Of a DNA stretch of 64,000 nucleotides, positions 25,101 to 37,069 are shown in pieces. The notes under the pieces were generated by a model that ran no database searches, was not told where the DNA came from, and worked only from the letters and a program-made list of their open reading frames with translations. The stretch's first letter is position 1. Every line of letters begins with the position of its first letter. The position numbers and the translations under genes are program-made. Origin of the DNA: Antedon mediterranea (Eukaryota; Animalia; Echinodermata); the NCBI RefSeq assembly GCF_964355755.1, contig NW_027306095.1:186001-250000 (forward strand), in the 5' to 3' direction.

Positions 25101-28100
25101 CAAAATGGTTTAAAACGTCTGCAAATGCGATTTGAAGCTATTTTGTGCACTTTGATGTTTTTGTGTGAAAAGTTTCATCGAAATGCACAAAATTGTCTAA
25201 AACGTCTCCAAATACGATATTAAGCTATTTTGTGCACTTTGATGTTTTTGTGTGAAAAGTTTCATCGAAATGCACAAAATGGTCTAAAACGTCTGCAAAT
25301 GCGATTTGAAGCTATTTTGTGCACTTTGTCGTTTTTGTGTGAAAAGTTTCATCGAAATGCTCAAAATGGTCTAAAACGTCTCCAAATGCGATTTGAAGCA
25401 ATTTTGTGCACTTTGATGTTTTTGTGTGAAAAGTTTCATCGAAATGCACAAAATGGTCTCTAAAACGTCTGCAAATGCGATTTGAAGCTATTTTGTGCAC
25501 TTTGTCGTTTTTGTGTGAAAAGTTTTTTCGAAATGCACAAAATGGTCTAAAACGTCTCCAAATGCGATTTGAAGCAATTTTGTGCACTTTGATGTTTTGT
25601 GTAATCCAGTTTCATCGAAATGTACAAAATTGTCTAAAACGTCTCTAAATGCGATTTGAAGCTATTTTGTGCACTTTGTCGTTTTTGTGTGAAAAGTTTT
25701 TTCGAAATGCACAAAATGGTCTAAAACGTCTCCAATTGCGATTTGAAGTTATTTTGTGCACTTTGATGTTTTGTGTGAAAAGTTTTATCGAAATGCTCAA
25801 AATGGTCTAAAACGGTTTCAAATGTGATTTTAAGCACTTTGATATTTTTGTATAATCAAGTTAAATCGAAATGCACAAAATGGTCTAAAACGTCTGCAAA
25901 TGCGATTTAAAGCTATTTTGTGCACTTTAATGTTTTGTGTGAAAAGTTTTATCGAAATTCTCAAAATGGTCTAAAACGGTTTCAAATGTGATTTTAAGCA
26001 CTTAGATGTTTTTGTGTAATCAAGTTTCATCGAAATGCACTAAATGGTTTAAAACGTCTGCAAATGCGATTTGAAGCTATTTTGTGCACTTTGATGTTTT
26101 TGTGTGAAAAGTTTCATCGAAATGCACAAAATTGTCTAAAACGTCTCCAAATACGATATTAAGCTATTGTATGCACTTTGATGTTTTTGAGTGAAAAGTT
26201 TTTTCGAAATGCACAAAATGGTCTAAAACGTCTCCAAATGCGATTTGGAGCTCTTTTGTGCACTTTGATGTTTTGTGTAAAAAGTTTGCTATTTTGTGCA
26301 CTTTAATGTTTTGTGTGAAAAGTTTTATCGAAATGCTCAAAATTGTCTAAAACGGTTTCAAATGTGATTTTAAGCACTTTGATATTTTTGTGTAATCAAG
26401 TTTTTTCGAAATGCACAACATGGTCTAAAACGTCTCCAAATGCGATTTGAAGCTATTTTGTGCACTTTGATGTTTTTGTGTGAAAAGTTTATTCGAAATG
26501 CACAAAATGGTCTAAAACGTCTCCAAATGCGATTTGAAGTTATTTTGTGCACTTTGATGTTTTGTGTGAAAAGTTTTATCGAAATGCTCAAAATGGTCTA
26601 AAACGGTTTCAAATGTGATTTTAAGCACTTTGATATTTTTGTGTAATCAAGTTTCATCGAAATGCTCAAAATGGTCTAAAACGTCTCCAAATGCGATTTG
26701 AAGCTATTTTGTGCACTTTGATGTTTTTTTGTGAAAAGTTTCATCGAAATGCACAAAATGGTCTAAAACGTCTCTAAATGCGATTTGAAGCTATTTTGTG
26801 CACTTTGATGTTTTTGTGTGAAAAGTTTCATCGAAATGCACAAAATGGTCTAAAACGTCTCTAAATGCGATTTGAAGCTATTTTGTGCACTTTGATGTTT
26901 TTTTGTGAAAAGTTTCATCGAAATGCACAAAATGGTCTAAAACGTCTCTAAATGCGATTTGAAGCTATTTTGTGCACTTTGATGTTTTTTTGTGAAAAGT
27001 TTCATCGAAATGCACAAAATTGTCTAAAACGTCTCTAAATGCGATTTGAAGCTATTTTGTGCACTTTGTCGTTTTTGTGTGAAAAGTTTCATCGAAATGC
27101 TCAAAATGGTCTAAAACGTCTCCAAATGCGATTTGAAGCAATTTTGTGCACTTTGATGTTTTTGTGTGAAAAGTTTCATCGAAATGCACAAAATGGTCTA
27201 AAACGTCTGCAAATGCGATTTGAAGCTATTTTGTGCACTTTGTCGTTTTTGTGTGAAAAGTTTTTTCGAAATGCACAAAATGGTCTAAAACGTCTCCAAT
27301 TGCGATTTGAAGTTATTTTGTGCACTTTGATGTTTTGTGTGAAAAGTTTTATCGAAATGCTCAAAATGGTCTAAAACGGTTTCAAATGTGATTTTAAGCA
27401 CTTTGATATTTTTGTGTAATCAAGTTTCATCGAAATGCACAAAATGGTCTAAAACGTCTGCAAATGCGATTTAAAGCTATTTTGTGCACTTTAATGTTTT
27501 GTGTGAAAAGTTTTATCGAAATTCTCAAAATGGTCTAAAACGGTTTCAAATGTGATTTTAAGCACTTTGATGTTTTTGTGTAATCAAGTTTCATCGAAAT
27601 GCACAAAATGGTTTAAAACGTCTGCAAATGCGATTTGAAGCTATTTTGTGCACTTTGATGTTTTTGTGTGAAAAGTTTCATCGAAATGCACAAAATTGTC
27701 TAAAACGTCTCCAAATACGATATTAAGCTATTTTGTGCACTTTGATGTTTTTGTGTGAAAAGTTTCATCGAAATGCACAAAATGGTCTAAAACGTCTGCA
27801 AATGCGATTTGAAGCTATTTTGTGCACTTTGTCGTTTTTGTGTGAAAAGTTTCATCGAAATGCTCAAAATGGTCTAAAACGTCTCCAAATGCGATTTGAA
27901 GCAATTTTGTGCACTTTGATGTTTTTGTGTGAAAAGTTTCATCTAAATGCACAAAATGGTCTCTAAAACGTCTGCAAATGCGATTTGAAGCTATTTTGTG
28001 CACTTTGTCGTTTTTGTGTGAAAAGTTTTTTCGAAATGCACAAAATGGTCTAAAACGTCTCCAAATGCGATTTGAAGCAATTTTGTGCACTTTGATGTTT

Positions 28101-31100
28101 TGTGTAATCCAGTTTCATCGAAATGTACAAAATTGTCTAAAACGTCTCTAAATGCGATTTGAAGCTATTTTGTGCACTTTGTCGTTTTTGTGTGAAAAGT
28201 TTTTTCGAAATGCACAAAATGGTCTAAAACGTCTCCAATTGCGATTTGAAGTTATTTTGTGCACTTTGATGTTTTGTGTGAAAAGTTTTATCGAAATTCT
28301 CAAAATGGTCTAAAACGGTTTCAAATGTGATTTTAAGCACTTTGATATTTTTGTATAATCAAGTTAAATCGAATTTGCACAAAATGGTCTAAAACGTCTG
28401 CAAATGCATTTTAAAGCTATTTTGTGCACTTTAATGTTTTGTGTGAAAAGTTTTATCGAAATTCTCAAAATGGTCTAAAACGGTTTCAAATGTGATTTTA
28501 GGCACTTTGATGTTTTTGTGTAATCAAGTTTCATCGAAAAGCACAAAATGGTTTAAAACGTCTGCAAATGCGATTTGAAGCTATTTTGTGCACTTTGATG
28601 TTTTTGTGTGAAAAGTTTCATCGAAATGCACAAAATTGTCTAAAACGTTTCCAAATACGATATTAAGCTATTGTATGCACTTTGATATTTTTGAGTGAAA
28701 AGTTTTTTCGAAATGCACAAAATGGTCTAAAACGTCTCCAAATGCGATTTAAAGCTATTTTGTGCACTTTGATGTTTTTTTCTGAAAAGTTTCATCGAAA
28801 TGCACAAAATGGTCTAAAACGTCTCTAAATGCGATTTGAAGCTATTTTGTGCACTTTGATGTTTTTGTGTGAAAAGTTTCATCGAAATGCACAAAATGGT
28901 CTAAAACGTCTCTAAATGCGATTTGAAGCTATTTTGTGCACTTTGATGTTTTTTTGTGAAAAGTTTCATCGAAATGCACAAAATGGTCTAAAACGTCTCT
29001 AAATGCGATTTGAAGCTATTTTGTGCACTTTGTCGTTTTTGTGTGAAAAGTTTCATCGAAATGCTCAAAATGGTCTAAAACGTCTCCAAATGCGATTTGA
29101 AGCAATTTTGTGCACTTTGATGTTTTTGTGTGAAAAGTTTCATCGAAATGCACAAAATGGTCTAAAACGTCTGCAAATGCGATTTGAAGCTATTTTGTGC
29201 ACTTTGATGTTTTTTTGTGAAAAGTTTCATCGAAATGCACAAAATTGTCTAAAACGTCTCTAAATGCGATTTGAAGCTATTTTGTGCACTTTGATGTTTT
29301 TTTGTGAAAAGTTTCATCGAAATGTACAAAATTGTCTAAAACGTCTCTAAATGCGATTTGAAGCTATTTTGTGCACTTTGTCGTTTTTGTGTGAAAAGTT
29401 TCATCGAAATGCTCAAAATGGTCTAAAACGTCTCCAAATGCGATTTGAAGCAATTTTGTGCACTTTGATGTTTTTGTGTGAAAAGTTTCATCGAAATGCA
29501 CAAAATGGTCTAAAACGTCTGCAAATGCGATTTGAAGCTATTTTGTGAACTTTGTCGTTTTTGTGTGAAAAGTTTTTTCGAAATGCACAAAATGGTCTAA
29601 AACGTCTCCAAATGCGATTTGAAGCATTTTTGTGCACTTTGATGTTTTGTGTAATCCAGTTTCATCGAAATGTACAAAATTGTCTAAAACGTCTCTAAAT
29701 GCGATTTGAAGCTATTTTGTGCACTTTGTCGTTTTTGTGTGAAAAGTTTTTTCGAAATGCACAAAATGGTCTAAAACGTCTCCAAATGCGATTTGAAGCA
29801 ATTTTGTGCACTTTGATGTTTTGTGTAATCCAGTTTCATCGAAATGTACAAAATTGTCTAAAACGTCTCTAAATGCGATTTGAAGCTATTTTGTGCACTT
29901 TGTCGTTTTTGTGTGAAAAGTTTTTTCGAAATGCACAAAATGGTCTAAAACGTCTCCAATTGCGATTTGAAGTTATTTTGTGCACTTTGATGTTTTGTGT
30001 GAAAAGTTTTATCGAAATGCTCAAAATGGTCTAAAACGGTTTCAAATGTGATTTTAAGCACTTTGATATTTTTGTATAATCAAGTTAAATCGAAATAGAC
30101 AAAATGGTCTAAAACGTCTGCAAATGCGATTTAAAGCTATTTTGTGCACTTTAATGTTTTGTGTGAAAAGTTTTATCGAAATTCTCAAAATGGTCTAAAA
30201 CGGTTTCAAATGTGATTTTAAGCACTTTGATGTTTTTGTGTAATCAAGTTTCATCGAAAAGCACAAAATGGTTTAAAACGTCTGCAAACGCGATTTGAAG
30301 CTATTTTGTGCACTTTGATGTTTTTGTGTGAAAAGTTTCATCGAAATGCACAAAATTGTCTAAAACGTTTCCAAATACGATATTAAGCTATTGTATGCAC
30401 TTTGATGTTTTTGAGTGAAAAGTTTTTTCGAAATGCACAAAATGGTCTAAAACGTCTCCAAATGCGATTTGAAGCTATTTTGTGCACTTTGATGTTTTTT
30501 TCTGAAAAGTTTCATCGAAATGCACAAAATGGTCTAAAACGTCTCTAAATGCGATTTGAAGCTATTTTGTGCACTTTGATGTTTTTGTGTAAAAAGTTTC
30601 ATCGAAATGCACAAAATGGTCTAAAACGTCTCTAAATGCGATTTGAAGTTATTTTGTGCACTTTGATGTTTTGTGTGAAAAGTTTTATCGAAATGCTCAA
30701 AATGGTCTAAAACGGTTTCAAATGTGATTTTAAGCACTTTGATATTTTTGTGTAATCAAGTTTCATCGAAATGCACAAAATGGTCTAAAACGTCTCCAAA
30801 TGCGATTTGAAGCTATTTTGTGCACTTTAATGTTTTGTGTGAAAAGTTTTATCGAAATTCTCAAAATGGTCTAAAACGGTTTCAAATGTGATTTTAAGCA
30901 CTTTGATGTTTTTGTGTAATCAAGTTTCATCGAAATGCACAAAATGGTTTAAAACGTCTGCAAATGCGATTTGAAGCTATTTTGTGCACTTTGATGTTTT
31001 TGTGTGAAAAGTTTCATCGAAATGCACAAAATTGTCTAAAACGTTTCCAAATACGATATTAAGCTATTGTATGCACTTTGATGTTTTTGAGTGAAAAGTT

Positions 31101-34100
31101 TTTTCGAAATGCACAAAATGGTCTAAAACGTCTCCAAATGCGATTTGGAGCTCTTTTGTGCACTTTGATGTTTTGTGTAAAAAGTTTGCTATTTTGTGCA
31201 CTTTAATGTTTTGTGTGAAAAGTTTTATCGAAATGCTCAAAATTGTCTAAAACGGTTTCAAATGTGATTTTAAGTACTTTGATATTTTTGTGTAATCAAG
31301 TTTTTTCGAAATGCACAACATGGTCTAAAACGTCTCCAAATGCGATTTGAAGCTATTTTGTGCACTTTGATGTTTTTGTGTGAAAAGTTTCATCGAAATG
31401 CACAAAATGGTCTAAAACGTCTCTAAATGCGATTTAAAGCTATTTTGTGCACTTTGTCGTTTTTGTGTGAAAAGTTTCATCGAAATGCTCAAAATGGTCT
31501 AAAACGTCTCCAAATGCGATTTGAAGCAATTTTGTGCACTTTGATGTTTTTGTGTGAAAAGTTTCATCGAAATGCACAAAATGGTCTAAAACGTCTGCAA
31601 ATGCGATTTGAAGCTATTTTGTGCACTTTGATGTTTTTTTGTGAAAAGTTTCATCGAAAGGCACAAAATTGTCTAAAACGTCTCTAAATGCGATTTGAAG
31701 CTATTTTGTGCACTTTGTCGTTTTTGTGTGAAAAGTTTCATCGAAATTCCCAAAATGGTCTAAAACATCTCCAAATGCGATTTGAAGCAATTTTGTGCAC
31801 TTTGATTTTTTTGTGTGAAAAGTTTCATCGAAATGCACAAAATGGTCTAAAACGTCTGCAAATGCGATTTGAAGCTATTTTGTGCACTTTGTCGTTTTTG
31901 TGTGAAAAGTTTTTTCGAAATGCACAAAATGGTCTAAAACGTCTCCAAATGCGATTTGAAGCAATTTTGTGCACTTTGATGTTTTGTGTAATCCAGTTTC
32001 ATCGAAATGTACAAAATTGTCTAAAACGTCTCTAAATGCGATTTGAAGCTATTTTGTGCACTTTGTCGTTTTTGTGTGAAAAGTTTTTTCGAAATGCACA
32101 AAATGGTCTAAAACGTCTCCAAATGCGATTTGAAGCAATTTTGTGCACTTTGATGTTTTGTGTAATCCAGTTTCATCGAAATGTACAAAATTGTCTAAAA
32201 CGTCTCTAAATGCGATTTGAAGCTATTTTGTGCACTTTGTCGTTTTTGTGTGAAAAGTTTTTTCGAAATGCACAAAATGGTCTAAAACGTCTCCAATTGC
32301 GATTTGAAGTTATTTTGTGCACTTTGATGTTTTGTGTGAAAAGTTTTATCGAAATGCTCAAAATGGTCTAAAACGGTTTCAAATGTGATTTTAAGCACTT
32401 TGATATTTTTGTGTAATCAAGTTTCATCGAAATGCACAAAATGGTCTAAAACGTCTGCAAATGCGATTTAAAGCTATTTTGTGCACTTTAATGTTTTGTG
32501 TGAAAAGTTTTATCGAAATTCTCAAAATGGTCTAAAACGGTTTCAAATGTGATTTTAAGCACTTTGATGTTTTTGTGTAATCAAGTTTCATCGAAATGCA
32601 CAAAATGGTTTAAAACGTCTGCAAATGCGATTTGAAGCTATTTTGTGCACTTTGATGTTTTTGTGTGAAAAGTTTCATCGAAATGCACAAAATTGTCTAA
32701 AACGTCTCCAAATACGATATTAAGCTATTTTGTGCACTTTGATGTTTTTGTGTGAAAAGTTTCATCGAAATGCACAAAATGGTCTAAAACGTCTGCAAAT
32801 GCGATTTGAAGCTATTTTGTGCACTTTGTCGTTTTTGTGTGAAAAGTTTCATCGAAATGCTCAAAATGGTCTAAAACGTCTCCAAATGCGATTTGAAGCA
32901 ATTTTGTGCACTTTGATGTTTTTGTGTGAAAAGTTTCATCGAAATGCACAAAATGGTCTCTAAAACGTCTGCAAATGCGATTTGAAGCTATTTTGTGCAC
33001 TTTGTCGTTTTTGTGTGAAAAGTTTTTTCGAAATGCACAAAATGGTCTAAAACGTCTCCAAATGCGATTTGAAGCAATTTTGTGCACTTTGATGTTTTGT
33101 GTAATCCAGTTTCATCGAAATGTACAAAATTGTCTAAAACGTCTCTAAATGCGATTTGAAGCTATTTTGTGCACTTTGTCGTTTTTGTGTGAAAAGTTTT
33201 TTCGAAATGCACAAAATGGTCTAAAACGTCTCCAATTGCGATTTGAAGTTATTTTGTGCACTTTGATGTTTTGTGTGAAAAGTTTTATCGAAATGCTCAA
33301 AATGGTCTAAAACGGTTTCAAATGTGATTTTAAGCACTTTGATATTTTTGTATAATCAAGTTAAATCGAAATGCACAAAATGGTCTAAAACGTCTGCAAA
33401 TGCGATTTAAAGCTATTTTGTGCACTTTAATGTTTTGTGTGAAAAGTTTTATCGAAATTCTCAAAATGGTCTAAAACGGTTTCAAATGTGATTTTAAGCA
33501 CTTTGATGTTTTTGTGTAATCAAGTTTCATCGAAATGCACTAAATGGTTTAAAACGTCTGCAAATGCGATTTGAAGCTATTTTGTGCACTTTGATGTTTT
33601 TGTGTGAAAAGTTTCATCGAAATGCACAAAATTGTCTAAAACGTCTCCAAATACGATATTAAGCTATTGTATGCACTTTGATGTTTTTGAGTGAAAAGTT
33701 TTTTCGAAATGCACAAAATGGTCTAAAACGTCTCCAAATGCGATTTGGAGCTCTTTTGTGCACTTTGATGTTTTGTGTAAAAAGTTTGCTATTTTGTGCA
33801 CTTTAATGTTTTGTGTGAAAAGTTTTATCGAAATGCTCAAAATTGTCTAAAACGGTTTCAAATGTGATTTTAAGCACTTTGATATTTTTGTGTAATCAAG
33901 TTTTTTCGAAATGCACAACATGGTCTAAAACGTCTCCAAATGCGATTTGAAGCTATTTTGTGCACTTTGATGTTTTTGTGTGAAAAGTTTATTCGAAATG
34001 CACAAAATGGTCTAAAACGTCTCCAAATGCGATTTGAAGTTATTTTGTGCACTTTGATGTTTTGTGTGAAAAGTTTTATCGAAATGCTCAAAATGGTCTA

Positions 34101-35870
34101 AAACGGTTTCAAATGTGATTTTAAGCACTTTGATATTTTTGTGTAATCAAGTTTCATCGAAATGCTCAAAATGGTCTAAAACGTCTCCAAATGCGATTTG
34201 AAGCTATTTTGTGCACTTTGATGTTTTTTTGTGAAAAGTTTCATCGAAATGCACAAAATGGTCTAAAACGTCTCTAAATGCGATTTGAAGCTATTTTGTG
34301 CACTTTGATGTTTTTGTGTGAAAAGTTTCATCGAAATGCACAAAATGGTCTAAAACGTCTCTAAATGCGATTTGAAGCTATTTTGTGCACTTTGATGTTT
34401 TTTTGTGAAAAGTTTCATCGAAATGCACAAAATGGTCTAAAACGTCTCTAAATGCGATTTGAAGCTATTTTGTGCACTTTGATGTTTTTTTGTGAAAAGT
34501 TTCATCGAAATGCACAAAATTGTCTAAAACGTCTCTAAATGCGATTTGAAGCTATTTTGTGCACTTTGTCGTTTTTGTGTGAAAAGTTTCATCGAAATGC
34601 TCAAAATGGTCTAAAACGTCTCAAAATGCGATTTGAAGCAATTTTGTGCACTTTGATGTTTTTGTGTGAAAAGTTTCATCGAAATGCACAAAATGGTCTA
34701 AAACGTCTGCAAATGCGATTTGAAGCTATTTTGTGCACTTTGTCGTTTTTGTGTGAAAAGTTTTTTCGAAATGCACAAAATGGTCTAAAACGTCTCCAAT
34801 TGCGATTTGAAGTTATTTTGTGCACTTTGATGTTTTGTGTGAAAAGTTTTATCGAAATGCTCAAAATGGTCTAAAACGGTTTCAAATGTGATTTTAAGCA
34901 CTTTGATATTTTTGTGTAATCAAGTTTCATCGAAATGCACAAAATGGTCTAAAACGTCTGCAAATGCGATTTAAAGCTATTTTGTGCACTTTAATATTTT
35001 GTGTGAAAAGTTTTATCGAAATTCTCAAAATGGTCTAAAACGGTTTCAAATGTGATTTTAAGCACTTTGATGTTTTTGTGTAATCAAGTTTCATCGAAAT
35101 GCACAAAATGGTTTAAAACGTCTGCAAATGCGATTTGAAGCTATTTTGTGCACTTTGATGTTTTTGTGTGAAAAGTTTCCTCGAAATGCACAAAATTGTC
35201 TAAAACGTCTCCAAATACGATATTAAGCTATTTTGTGCACTTTGATGTTTTTGTGTGAAAAGTTTCATCGAAATGCACAAAATGGTCTAAAACGTCTGCA
35301 AATGCGATTTGAAGCTATTTTGTGCACTTTGTCGTTTTTGTGTGAAAAGTTTCATCGAAATGCTCAAAATGGTCTAAAACGTCTCCAAATGCGATTTGAA
35401 GCAATTTTGTGCACTTTGATGTTTTTGTGTGAAAAGTTTCATCGAAATGCACAAAATGGTCTCTAAAACGTCTGCAAATGCGATTTGAAGCTATTTTGTG
35501 CACTTTGTCGTTTTTGTGTGAAAAGTTTTTTCGAAATGCACAAAATGGTCTAAAACGTCTCCAAATGCGATTTGAAGCAATTTTGTGCACTTTGATGTTT
35601 TGTGTAATCCAGTTTCATCGAAATGTACAAAATTGTCTAAAACGTCTCTAAATGCGATTTGAAGCTATTTTGTGCACTTTGTCGTTTTTGTGTGAAAAGT
35701 TTTTTCGAAATGCACAAAATGGTCTAAAACGTCTCCAATTGCGATTTGAAGTTATTTTGTGCACTTTGATGTTTTGTGTGAAAAGTTTTATCGAAATGCT
35801 CAAAATGGTCTAAAACGGTTTCAAATGTGATTTTAAGCACTTTGATATTTTTGTATAATCAAGTTAAATC
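16176..35870 (+). repeat. Higher-order repeat with ~7.5-kb period (7751 bp, then 7500 bp), about 2.6 copies
   Basis: ORF landmarks recur at +7751 (17479/25230, 18619/26370, 19288/27039, 19982/27733) and +7500 (21503/29003, 23927/31427, 25230/32730, 27733/35233). Lines ~20651-28370 match ~28151-35870 with about ten substitutions seen by eye. Confidence 0.92.
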
Positions 35871-37069
35871 GAAATGCACAAAATGGTCTAAAACGTCTGC
35901 AAATGCGATTTAAAGCTATTTTGTGCACTTTAATGTTTTGTGTGAAAAGTTTTATCGAAATTCTCAAAATGGTCTAAAACGGTTTCAAATGTGATTTTAA
36001 GCACTTTGATGTTTTTGTGTAATCAAGTTTCATCGAAAAGCACAAAATGGTTTAAAACATCTGCAAATGCGATTTGAAGCTATTTTGTGCACTTTGATGT
36101 TTTTGTGTGAAAAGTTTCATCGAAATGCACAAAATTGTCTAAAACATTTCCAAATACGATATTAAGCTATTGTATGCACTTTGATATTCTTGAGTGAAAA
36201 GTTTCATCGAAATGCACAAAATGGTCTAAAACGTCTCTAAATGCGATTTGAAGCTATTTTGTGCACTTTGATGTTTTTGTGTGAAAAGTTTCATCGAAAT
36301 GCACAAAATGGTCTAAAACGTCTCTAAATGCGATTTGAAGCTATTTTGTGCACTTTGATGTTTTTTTGTGAAAAGTTTCATCGAAATGCACAAAATGGTC
36401 TAAAACGTCTCTAAATGCGATTTGAAGCTATTTTGTGCACTTTGTCGTTTTTGTGTGAAAAGTTTCATCGAAATGCTCAAAATGGTCTAAAACGTCTCCA
36501 AATGCGATTTGAAGCAATTTTGTGCACTTTGATGTTTTTGTGTGAAAAGTTTCATCGAAATGCACAAAATGGTCTAAAACGTCTGCAAATGCGATTTGAA
36601 GCTATTTTGTGAACTTTGATGTTTTTTTGTGAAAAGTTTCATCGAAATGCACAAAATTGTCTAAAACGTCTCTAAATGCGATTTGAAGCTATTTTGTGCA
36701 CTTTGATGTTTTTTTGTGAAAAGTTTCATCGAAATGTACAAAATTGTCTAAAACGTCTCTAAATGCGATTTGAAGCTATTTTGTGCACTTTGTCGTTTTT
36801 GTGTGAAAAGTTTCATCGAAATGCTCAAAATGGTCTAAAACGTTTCCAAATGCGATTTGAAGCAATTTTGTGCACTTTGATGTTTTTGTGTGAAAAGTTT
36901 CATCGAAATGCACAAAATGGTCTAAAACGTCTGCAAATGCGATTTGAAGCTATTTTGTGCACTTTGTCGTTTTTGTGTGAAAAGTTTTTTCGAAATGCAC
37001 AAAATGGTCTAAAACGTCTCCAAATGCGATTTGAAGCAATTTTGTGCACTTTGATTTTTTGTGTAATCC

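Noticed and set aside
20651-35870. Exactly 7500-bp period as a sign of an artificial copy
   Set aside because: The copies differ by about ten substitutions, some shared with other array regions, and the preceding period is 7751 bp. The round number is most likely coincidence, though read validation is still advisable.
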